Below are positions 19,572-27,455 of a stretch of DNA of 55,740 nt, in pieces. The notes under the pieces were generated by a model. The model saw only the letters and a program-made list of their open reading frames with translations, was not told where the DNA came from and did not search any database. Source of the DNA: Candidatus Nanopelagicales bacterium (GTDB taxonomy: Bacteria > Actinomycetota > Actinomycetes > S36-B12); contig JAURME010000017.1 of NCBI GenBank assembly GCA_030830865.1, positions 1 through 55,740 on the forward strand, in the 5' to 3' direction. Within the stretch, counting starts at the first letter, position 1. The number at the start of each line of letters is the position of its first letter. The position numbers and the translations under genes were made by a program.

Positions 19572-21065
19572 CTATCTCGCCCAGTGGCGGCTGCGCGCCA
19601 CGGCCTCGCGCCAGCGCTCGTGTCCCTCAGTGTCGAGGGGCCCGGGCGTGAAGGTCCCGGACGACCGCCGGGTGTCCGCCAGGGCAGCGGGGGATGCCCA
19701 GACCCCTGCGCCCAGGCCCGCGAGGAAGGCCGCGCCGAGCCCGGTGGTCTGCAGTTCAGCGGACCGGTCGACGACAAGGCGGACGGCGTCCGCCTGGATC
19801 TGGCAGAGGAGGTCGTTGGCAGCGGCGCCGCCGTCGATCGAGAGGCGCTCCAGCCCGACGCCACCCTCGCGCGCCATGAGGTCCACCACGTCGCGGACCT
19901 CGAAGGCGATGGCCTCCAACGTGGCACGCGCGATGTGCGCCCGGGTGGTGCCGCGGGTGATGCCGATGATGAGGCCTCGGGCGGCCGGATCCCACTCGGG
20001 TGCGCCGAGACCCGTCAGGGCGGGGACGAAGACGACTCCGCCGGAGTCGGGCACGCTCGCCGCGAGTGCCTCGACCTCGTCCGCCGTGTCGATGATGCCG
20101 AGCCCGTCCCGCAGCCACTGCACGGCTGCCCCGGTGACGAAGACGGCGCCCTCCAGGGCGAAGTCGCGCCGTCCGTCCGGGTGTTGCAGCGCCACGGTGG
20201 TGAGCAGTCCGTTGGCGGAGAACCGCGGCCGGTCACCGGTGTGCACCAGCAGGAAGGATCCCGTTCCGTACGTGCACTTGGCTGCTCCCGATGAGAAGCC
20301 TGCTTGGCCGACGAGGGCGGCCTGCTGGTCGCCTGCGATACCGGTGATGGGCAGATCCAGTCCGCAGAACACCGTCGGGTCGGTTCGCGCCAGCATGCCG
20401 TAGGACGCGACGATCTCGGGCAGGGCCGACATGGGCACACCGAAGAGCGCGCAGAGGCGTTCGTCCCAGTCCCCGGTGTGCAGGTCGTAGAGCAGCGTGC
20501 GCGAGGCGTTCGTGGCGTCGGTGATGTGCCACAGGCCACGGCTCATGCGGGCCACGAGGTAGGAGTCCACGGTGCCGATGGCCGTGCGCCCGGTGACGAC
20601 TCCGGCCCAGACATGGGGCTCCTCGGCAGCGAGCCAGGCCAACTTGCTTCCGGAGAAATAAGGATCGAGTCGCAGGCCGGTCCGCTCGTGGATGAGGTCC
20701 TCGTGACCGTCCCCGATGAGGGACTGGCAGAGGGCCGCCGTGCGGCGGTCCTGCCAGACGATCGCACGCCGAGGTGCACCCAGGGTCTCGCGATCCCACA
20801 GGCAGACCGTCTCGCGCTGGTTGGTGATCCCGACGGCGACGAGATCGTCCCGCGAGCCGCCTGTCGACCGATGCCGATGCAGAGCGTCGGTGGTCGCAGC
20901 GATCGTCGCCGACCAGATCTCGGAGAGGTCGTGCTCCACCCAGCCCTCGCGGGGGAAATGCTGCGGGAACTCCCGGTAGCCGCGCGCGGTGATGCGGCTG
21001 TCCTCGTCGACGAGGAGAGCGGTGACCCCTGTCGTCCCGGCGTCGATCGAGAGAAGCAGAGCCAC
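19572..21065 (-). CDS. glpK: Glycerol kinase
   Basis: SIDAGTTG, GWVEHD, GITNQRET, IVWQDRRT, DPYFSGSK, AGDQQAAL, KCTYGTG; start GTG 21065. Confidence 0.95.
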   Translation of the reverse strand: MALLLSIDAGTTGVTALLVDEDSRITARGYREFPQHFPREGWVEHDLSEIWSATIAATTDALHRHRSTGGSRDDLVAVGITNQRETVCLWDRETLGAPRRAIVWQDRRTAALCQSLIGDGHEDLIHERTGLRLDPYFSGSKLAWLAAEEPHVWAGVVTGRTAIGTVDSYLVARMSRGLWHITDATNASRTLLYDLHTGDWDERLCALFGVPMSALPEIVASYGMLARTDPTVFCGLDLPITGIAGDQQAALVGQAGFSSGAAKCTYGTGSFLLVHTGDRPRFSANGLLTTVALQHPDGRRDFALEGAVFVTGAAVQWLRDGLGIIDTADEVEALAASVPDSGGVVFVPALTGLGAPEWDPAARGLIIGITRGTTRAHIARATLEAIAFEVRDVVDLMAREGGVGLERLSIDGGAAANDLLCQIQADAVRLVVDRSAELQTTGLGAAFLAGLGAGVWASPAALADTRRSSGTFTPGPLDTEGHERWREAVARSRHWAR

Positions 21066-21195
21066 GTGTCCGAGCGTAGTCACATGACAGCGCTTGCAGA
21101 CATGGCTAGGCTCGGCGGGAACGGTTCGTCTCACCGGGGACTGCCCGGTGTCCGCGAAGGGGTCACGTGCCCCGATCGAGAGGAGTGCATGACCC

Positions 21196-22221
21196 ATGCG
21201 CGTGGGAGTTCTCACCGGAGGGGGCGACTGCCCCGGCCTGAACGCGGTGATCCGCGGCGTCGTCCGTCGTGGCGTGCAGGAGTACGGCTACGAGTTCGTC
21301 GGGTTCCGGGATGGCTGGAAGGGCCCCCTCGAAGGGCTGACGATGGAGCTCGGCATCTCGCAGGTGCGAGGCATCCTTCCGCGAGGCGGGACCATACTCG
21401 GCTCCTCCCGTACCAACCTCGTCAAGATCGAGGGCGGCATCGAGCGGGCTGAGGAGAACCTCCGCAACCTCGGCATCGACGCCCTCATCGCGATCGGCGG
21501 TGAGGACACCCTCGGCGTGGCAACGACGCTCACCGAGCACGGCTTCCATGTCGTCGGCGTCCCGAAGACGATCGACAACGACCTCAGCGGCACCGACTAC
21601 ACGTTCGGCTTCGACACTGCCGTGACCATCGCCACCGAGGCGATCGACCGCCTGCACACCACGGCGGAGTCCCACCACCGCATCCTCATCTGCGAGGTCA
21701 TGGGACGGCACGCGGGATGGATCGCCCTGCACTCCGGCATGGCCGGTGGTGCCAATGTCGTCCTCATCCCGGAGGTCGAGTTCGACCTGGATGAGGTCGT
21801 GGCGTGGGTCGAGTCCCGATTCAAGGCCTCCTACGCGCCGATCATCGTCGTCGCCGAGGGTGCCACGCCCAAGGGTGGCCAACTGGTCACGAAGGACGCC
21901 ACCCTCGACTCCTTCGGTCACGTGAAGCTCTCGGGCATCGGCGAGTGGCTGGCCCAGCAGGTCGAGGAGCGCACCGGTCACGAGGCGCGCACCACGGTCC
22001 TCGGTCACATCCAGCGCGGCGGCAGTCCGACGTCCTTCGACCGGGTGCTCGCGACGCGCTTCGGCCTGAACGCCATCGAGGCCGTCAAGGACCAGGCCTG
22101 GGGCATGATGGTGGCGCTGCGCGGGACGGACATCGTCCGCGTGCCGCTGCAGGAGGCCACCGGGACCCTCAAGACCGTTCCGATCGAGCGGTACGAGGAG
22201 GCAAAGTCCTTCTTCGGCTAG
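21196..22221 (+). CDS. pfkA: 6-phosphofructokinase (actinobacterial group III)
   Basis: TGGGDCPGLN, GGEDT, PKTIDND, EVMGRHAGW, LGHIQRGG. Confidence 0.96.
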   Translation: MRVGVLTGGGDCPGLNAVIRGVVRRGVQEYGYEFVGFRDGWKGPLEGLTMELGISQVRGILPRGGTILGSSRTNLVKIEGGIERAEENLRNLGIDALIAIGGEDTLGVATTLTEHGFHVVGVPKTIDNDLSGTDYTFGFDTAVTIATEAIDRLHTTAESHHRILICEVMGRHAGWIALHSGMAGGANVVLIPEVEFDLDEVVAWVESRFKASYAPIIVVAEGATPKGGQLVTKDATLDSFGHVKLSGIGEWLAQQVEERTGHEARTTVLGHIQRGGSPTSFDRVLATRFGLNAIEAVKDQAWGMMVALRGTDIVRVPLQEATGTLKTVPIERYEEAKSFFG

Positions 22222-22263
22222 GCCGGCGGCGACCGGCGGGCCAGAGCACGTCCTTCTTCGGCT
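22206..22263 (+). repeat. 14-bp direct repeat duplicating the pfkA 3' end
   Basis: GTCCTTCTTCGGCT at 22206-22219 and 22250-22263; its final T begins TAG in the first copy and TGA in the second. Confidence 0.85.
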
Positions 22264-22270
22264 GAGCATC

Positions 22271-22314
22271 GGGCACGTCCCACCCGTCACTGCTGACGTG
22301 GGTGGGACGTGCCC
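22271..22314 (+). terminator. Strong hairpin after pfkA
   Basis: GGGCACGTCCCACCC / GGGTGGGACGTGCCC perfect 15-bp arms plus an inner GTCA/TGAC pair; no U-tract. Confidence 0.65.
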
Positions 22315-22327
22315 TACCCTTGAGTCC

Positions 22328-23656
22328 ATGTCATCGACCCTCGTCTGGCCCGACCTGCCCGCGGCTCAGCAACCGCCGTGGCCCGACGAGGCCGAACTCG
22401 CCCGGGTGACCGATGAGCTGTCTGCCCTGCCACCGCTGGTCTTCGCAGGGGAATGTGACCAGTTGACCCAGCGGCTCGCCGATGCCGCGCTGGGCAAGGC
22501 CTTCGTCCTCATGGGCGGTGACTGCGCCGAGACCTTCGCCGCGAACAACGCCGACTCCATCCGGGCACGGCTGAAGACCGTTCTCCAGATGTCCGTCGTG
22601 CTGACCTACGCGGCATCCATGCCCGTGATCAAGGTCGGCCGCGTGGCCGGGCAGTACTTCAAGCCGCGGTCCAAGCTGACCGAGGCCCGTGACGGCGTCG
22701 AGCTCACCTCCTACTTCGGTGATGCCGTCAACGCGCTGCCCTTCGACGCTGCGAGCCGGGTCCCCGACCCGAACCGGCTGCTTCGGACCTACCACGCGTC
22801 CAGCGCTGCACTCAATCTCGTCCGTGCCTTCACCCAGGGCGGCTACGCGGATCTGCGCCAGGTGCACGCCTGGAACCAGGACTTTGTCCGTGACTCCTTG
22901 GCGGGCCAGCGCTATGAGGCCGTGGCGTCGGACATCGACCGTGCACTGGCCTTCATGCGGGCCATCGGAGCGGACGCCGAAGCCCTCCAGCGGGTCGAGT
23001 TCTACGCGGCCCACGAGGCGCTGTCGATCCACTACGAGCGCGCCCTCACCCGTATCGACTCCCGGACCGGTCTTCCCTACGACGTGTCGGGCCACTTCCT
23101 GTGGATCGGAGAGCGCACCCGACAGCTCGACGGCGCGCACGTGCACTTCGCGTCCACCATCCAGAATCCGATCGGCGTGAAGATCGGGCCGACGGCCTCA
23201 GCCGACGACGTCGCCCACATGTGCGAGGTCCTCAACCCGAATCGGGTGCCCGGCCGGCTGACCCTCATCTCCCGCATGGGTGCCGGCGATGTGCGCGACG
23301 TGCTGCCCAGCATCGTCCAGAAGGTGGATGCCAGCGGCGTTCCCGTCGTATGGGTCTGCGATCCGATGCACGGCAATACTCGCGAGGCCGTCACCGGTCA
23401 CAAGACCCGGGTGTTCGACGATGTGGTCTCCGAGGTCGAGGGCTTCTTTGAGGTGCATCGCAACCTCGGCACGATTCCCGGCGGCCTTCATGTGGAGCTC
23501 ACCGGCGATGACGTCACCGAATGCGTCGGGGGCACCGGAGGAGTGCTCGAGGACGATCTCGGGCAGCGCTACGAGACGGCCTGCGATCCGCGCCTGAACC
23601 GAGAGCAGAGCCTGGAGCTGGCATTCCTCGTGGCCGACATGCTGATGCTGCGGTAG
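22328..23656 (+). CDS. aroG: Class II DAHP synthase
   Basis: GGDCAETF, KVGRVAGQYFKPRS, LWIGERTRQLDGAH, CDPMHGNT, YETACDPRLN; TACCCT 7 nt before ATG 22328. Confidence 0.96.
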   Translation: MSSTLVWPDLPAAQQPPWPDEAELARVTDELSALPPLVFAGECDQLTQRLADAALGKAFVLMGGDCAETFAANNADSIRARLKTVLQMSVVLTYAASMPVIKVGRVAGQYFKPRSKLTEARDGVELTSYFGDAVNALPFDAASRVPDPNRLLRTYHASSAALNLVRAFTQGGYADLRQVHAWNQDFVRDSLAGQRYEAVASDIDRALAFMRAIGADAEALQRVEFYAAHEALSIHYERALTRIDSRTGLPYDVSGHFLWIGERTRQLDGAHVHFASTIQNPIGVKIGPTASADDVAHMCEVLNPNRVPGRLTLISRMGAGDVRDVLPSIVQKVDASGVPVVWVCDPMHGNTREAVTGHKTRVFDDVVSEVEGFFEVHRNLGTIPGGLHVELTGDDVTECVGGTGGVLEDDLGQRYETACDPRLNREQSLELAFLVADMLMLR

Positions 23657-23658
23657 CG

Positions 23659-24195
23659 ATGCCCTCGCGGGACGTGGGCGACCTGCTGGCCGCGACCTAT
23701 GCGACGCCCGGCGGAGCGCTCACGGTCGTCGTCGATCGCCATGCCGTGGGAGACCTCGGTCCCCGGTCTTATGGGGCGGTGGTGCTCGGCACCTTCCGGG
23801 ATCTGCGCGACGAGACCGTCAGACTGCCGGAGGGCCGACGCATCCATCCACGCACCCGCACCCCCGAGATCGGTGACGTCCTCGAGCGCTACGCGGATGG
23901 TGACGTGAACGCCCTCGAGGAGGTGTCCGTCGTGCAGCCGGGCGGACCGTTCCAGCAGGAGGTCTGGCGGGCCATGCGATCAATCCGGGCCGGGAGCATC
24001 GACACGTACGCCGGCTTGGCTCGGCGGGCCGGCAATGGTCGCGCCTCCCGGGCCGCCGGCACGGCCTGCGCGATCAACCTCGTCGCGCCGTTCGTGCCGT
24101 GTCACCGAGTGGTCGCCAGCAACGGCATCGGTGGCTACGGGTATGGCGTCGACGTGAAGGTGGACCTCCTCGAGCATGAGGGCGTGCTGCTGTAG
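23659..24195 (+). CDS. ogt: Methylated-DNA-protein-cysteine methyltransferase
   Basis: FQQEVW...TYAGLA...RAAGTAC...VPCHRVV...GGYGYG. Confidence 0.9.
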   Translation: MPSRDVGDLLAATYATPGGALTVVVDRHAVGDLGPRSYGAVVLGTFRDLRDETVRLPEGRRIHPRTRTPEIGDVLERYADGDVNALEEVSVVQPGGPFQQEVWRAMRSIRAGSIDTYAGLARRAGNGRASRAAGTACAINLVAPFVPCHRVVASNGIGGYGYGVDVKVDLLEHEGVLL

Positions 24196-24213
24196 GCCAC
24201 GGTTCCGCGCCGT

Positions 24214-25389
24214 TCAGACGATGTTGACCTCGCCGCGGCTGCGCCCGGCCCTGAACCGGCTCGCGTCGAAGCCGGAGACGTCCACCGGTGGAGTTCGCTC
24301 GAGGTAGACGTCGCGGATGACCTCGCCCACCGCCGGGCTCTGCAGGAACCCGTGTCCGGAGAACCCGCAGGCGTACAGGAAGCGTGACCGATCGGCGGCC
24401 TCGCCGAGCAGCGCGTTGTGGTCCGGGGTCACCTCGTACATCCCGACCCATCGGTGCGCGATGCCGACATCGAGGAGGGCGGGCGCCACTCGGTCGATCG
24501 CGGTCGTGAGATCGGGCAGCCAATCCTCGATGTAGGACCACCGGAACCCGGGCTCCTCACTGCGGTAGGACATCCCGAGCAGGATCCCCGGACCCTCGCG
24601 GTGGAAGTAGAAGGTCGACGCGGCGTCGATGGTCATCGGCGTCCTATCCGTGACGAGTCGGGCGAGTCCCTCCGGAAGCGGTTCGGTGATGAGGATCTGC
24701 CGGCGCAGCGGTTCGACGGGCAGATCCACCCCGGCCTTGGCGCCGATCCCCTTCGACCAGGCGCCGGCGGCGCACACAACAGTCGACGTGCGGACGGTCC
24801 CGGCATCTGTGACGACCGCGGTGATCTCACCGCCGGAGGTGGCGATGTCCGTGACGGTGACGTGAGTGAGCAGCGTGGCCCCCAGCCGGCGTGCACCCGT
24901 GGCGTACCCGAGCGTCACCGACTCCGGGCTGCAGTAGCCGTCCCGAGAGTGGAAACTGCCCGCCAGCACGCCGTCGAGGTCGACGAGCGGGTTGAGTCGA
25001 GCGATCTCCTCCCGCGCGATGATGCGGGTCGGAACACCCATGGTGTTCTGGAGTGCTGCGGACTGCTCATAGACAGCGACCTGCTCGTCGGAGGTGAGCA
25101 GGAACAGGTATCCGGGCTGGTGCAGGTCGATCTGCTGTCCCGGCCGCCGGGGAAAGTCCTCGAAGGCCGACAGGCCGCGCCAGCCGAGATCGATGTTGAT
25201 GGGGTCGGAGAACTGTGCCCGCACGCCACCTGCAGCCTTGCAGGTCGACCCACTGCCGAGGTCGCCCTGCTCCAGCAGCACGACATCGGGAACGCCGGCC
25301 TCGGCCAGGTGGAACGCGATGCTCGTGCCCATGGAGCCGCCGCCGATGACCACGACGGACGCCTCCGCGGGGAGCGCGTCAGCGGACAC
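24214..25389 (-). CDS. FAD-dependent amino/imino acid oxidoreductase (DAAO / sarcosine oxidase beta-like)
   Basis: VVIGGGSMG, GSTCKAAGGVR, YEVTPDH, GFSGHGF. Confidence 0.88.
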   Translation of the reverse strand: MSADALPAEASVVVIGGGSMGTSIAFHLAEAGVPDVVLLEQGDLGSGSTCKAAGGVRAQFSDPINIDLGWRGLSAFEDFPRRPGQQIDLHQPGYLFLLTSDEQVAVYEQSAALQNTMGVPTRIIAREEIARLNPLVDLDGVLAGSFHSRDGYCSPESVTLGYATGARRLGATLLTHVTVTDIATSGGEITAVVTDAGTVRTSTVVCAAGAWSKGIGAKAGVDLPVEPLRRQILITEPLPEGLARLVTDRTPMTIDAASTFYFHREGPGILLGMSYRSEEPGFRWSYIEDWLPDLTTAIDRVAPALLDVGIAHRWVGMYEVTPDHNALLGEAADRSRFLYACGFSGHGFLQSPAVGEVIRDVYLERTPPVDVSGFDASRFRAGRSRGEVNIV

Positions 25390-25804
25390 GGCTCATCGAC
25401 CGAAGGGACCCATCGCGGTTGTACACGCGCACCTCACCGTTCCTGCGCGGGTAGGAGGCATTCACCTCATCGAGCCTCGCGGCGAGGACGCGGCGTAACA
25501 GGCGGACGGGGAAAGGCCGGTCGACGTCGAAGTGGATGGTGCCCTTGGTGGCCACACGGTCTCCGAGTTCATCCTTCAACATTTCCGCCACGCTTCCGCT
25601 GTGCGGGAACAGGCTGTTGTGCCTGCGGAAGCCCATGACACTGAACAGGTGCGGCCCGTCGTCGGCGGCGCGCAGAGTCGGCATGCCCCACGCCACGCAG
25701 GCGGTAGCGCCTGACAGGATCCGGGCGGCAGAGTCCCAGGTGGACTGCAGGGCTGCGGCCTGCTCCTCGGGGAAGTCCGCGAATGCCGGCTGGATGCGAG
25801 ACAC
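25379..25804 (-). CDS. DUF1801 (YdhG-like) domain protein
   Basis: WGMPTL...HNSLFPHSG...TKGTIHF...P..LLRRV. Confidence 0.75.
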   Translation of the reverse strand: MSRIQPAFADFPEEQAAALQSTWDSAARILSGATACVAWGMPTLRAADDGPHLFSVMGFRRHNSLFPHSGSVAEMLKDELGDRVATKGTIHFDVDRPFPVRLLRRVLAARLDEVNASYPRRNGEVRVYNRDGSLRSMSRVR

Positions 25805-25810
25805 GTGCGC

Positions 25811-27346
25811 CTACTCGAAGCTCACGCCCTGCGCGAGCGGCAGGTCGGTGGAGTAGTTGACGGTGTTGGTGGCCCTGCGCATGTAGCCGCGCCATGCATC
25901 GGATCCGGACTCCCGACCACCGCCGGTGGTCTTCTCCCCGCCAAAGGCCCCCCCGATCTCCGCTCCTGAGGTGCCGATGTTGACGTTGACGATGCCGCAA
26001 TCCGACCCAGCGGAGGACATGAACTCCTCGGCTTCACGCTGGTCGAGGGTGAAGATGCTGGACGACAGACCCTGGGGAACGCCGTTCTGCAGGGCGATGG
26101 CCTCGTCGAGGGTGTCGTACTCAAGGACAAAGAGGATGGGCGCGAACGTCTCGCGTCGCACCACGTCGACCTGACCCGGCATGCGGATCAGCGCCGGTCG
26201 TACGTAGTAGGCGTCGGGGCACCCGTCGACGTCGACGCGTTCGCCCCCCACGACGAGTGTTCCTCCGGCGGCAACGGCCTCATCGATAGCCGCCTGCATG
26301 CGGGAGAAGGAGTCCTCACCGATCAGCGGGCCGACGAGCACGTCGCCGTCGATCGGGTTGCCGACCCGCAGTCGCGCGTAGGCCTCGCTGACCCTGCGGA
26401 CCACCTCGTCGACGACGGACCGGTGCGCGATCACCCGGCGCAGGCTGGTGCATCGCTGGCCGGCGGTACCGGCGGCCGCGAACACGATGCCGCGCACGGC
26501 AAGGTCGAGGTCGGCGGAGGGCGCGACGATCGCAGCGTTGTTGCCGCCGAGCTCGAGGATCGAGTGGCCGAAGCGGGCGGCGACGCGGGGACCCACCTCG
26601 GCTCCCATGCGCTCGGATCCGGTGGCACTGATGACCGCGGCCAGTGGATGGTCGACCAGCGCCGGGCCGGCGTCGCGCTCGGCCGCGACGAGGACGTGGA
26701 TGTCGCGGGGCGCTCCCTCCTCCTCTATCGTCCGGGCCATCAGGGCTGAGCAGGCCAGCGCGGTGAGCGGGGTGCGTTCGGACGGCTTCCAGACCACGGA
26801 GTCGCCGCACACCAGAGCGATCGTCGTGTTCCAGGCCCAGACGGCCACGGGGAAGTTGAAGGCCGAGATCACTCCGACGACGCCGCGGGGGTGCCACGTC
26901 TCCATCAGCCGGTGCCCCGGACGCTCGGAGGGCATCGTCCGGCCCTCCAACTGGCGAGACAGGCCAAGAGCGAAGTCGCAGATGTCGATCATCTCCTGGA
27001 CCTCGCCGAGGGCCTCGCTGCGGATCTTCCCGACCTCGAGCTGGACGAGGTCGGCGAGGTCCTCCTTGTGCTCTTCGAGGACCCGCCCGAAGGTACGCAC
27101 GAGGTGGCCGCGAACGGGGGCGGGAGTGGAGCGCCAGACCAGGAAGGCTCCATGTGCCCGGGTCACGGCGTCATCGATCGCCGCCGCATCTGCCGCGGGG
27201 ACCGTGAGGAGGACCGACCCGTCGATGGGGGAGCGGGAGATGAGCGTCGCCCCCGTGGGAGCGTCGTCGATCTCGACTCCGCAGGCCTCGAGGGCGCGTC
27301 GGGCGCGGGCGGACAGGTCGGACGTGCCAGGCAGGACGGAGGTCAT
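25811..27346 (-). CDS. Aldehyde dehydrogenase family 7 (piperideine-6-carboxylate / aminoadipate-semialdehyde dehydrogenase-like)
   Basis: GEVQEMIDICDFALGLSRQL, SAFNFPVAVW, LELGGNNA, GTAGQRCT, GGEKTTGGGRESGSDAW; start MTSVLP at 27346. Confidence 0.92.
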   Translation of the reverse strand: MTSVLPGTSDLSARARRALEACGVEIDDAPTGATLISRSPIDGSVLLTVPAADAAAIDDAVTRAHGAFLVWRSTPAPVRGHLVRTFGRVLEEHKEDLADLVQLEVGKIRSEALGEVQEMIDICDFALGLSRQLEGRTMPSERPGHRLMETWHPRGVVGVISAFNFPVAVWAWNTTIALVCGDSVVWKPSERTPLTALACSALMARTIEEEGAPRDIHVLVAAERDAGPALVDHPLAAVISATGSERMGAEVGPRVAARFGHSILELGGNNAAIVAPSADLDLAVRGIVFAAAGTAGQRCTSLRRVIAHRSVVDEVVRRVSEAYARLRVGNPIDGDVLVGPLIGEDSFSRMQAAIDEAVAAGGTLVVGGERVDVDGCPDAYYVRPALIRMPGQVDVVRRETFAPILFVLEYDTLDEAIALQNGVPQGLSSSIFTLDQREAEEFMSSAGSDCGIVNVNIGTSGAEIGGAFGGEKTTGGGRESGSDAWRGYMRRATNTVNYSTDLPLAQGVSFE

Positions 27347-27363
27347 GGCGAACAGTCTGCCCG

Positions 27364-27455
27364 GTGCGCACCTTTCAGATGATGCGCAGGCCGGATGTGC
27401 GCACCTTTCAGATGATGCGCAGGCCGAATGTGCGCACCTTTCAGATGATGCGCAG
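27364..27455. repeat. 33-bp tandem repeat (2.8 copies) containing the kinase stop codon
   Basis: GTGCGCACCTTTCAGATGATGCGCAG core starts at 27364, 27397 and 27430, with GCCGGAT / GCCGAAT linkers. Confidence 0.95.

Noticed and set aside
27364-27455. Possible mini-CRISPR array
   Set aside because: The linkers are only 7 nt and nearly identical, the repeat is the kinase's own 3' end, and there are no cas genes.
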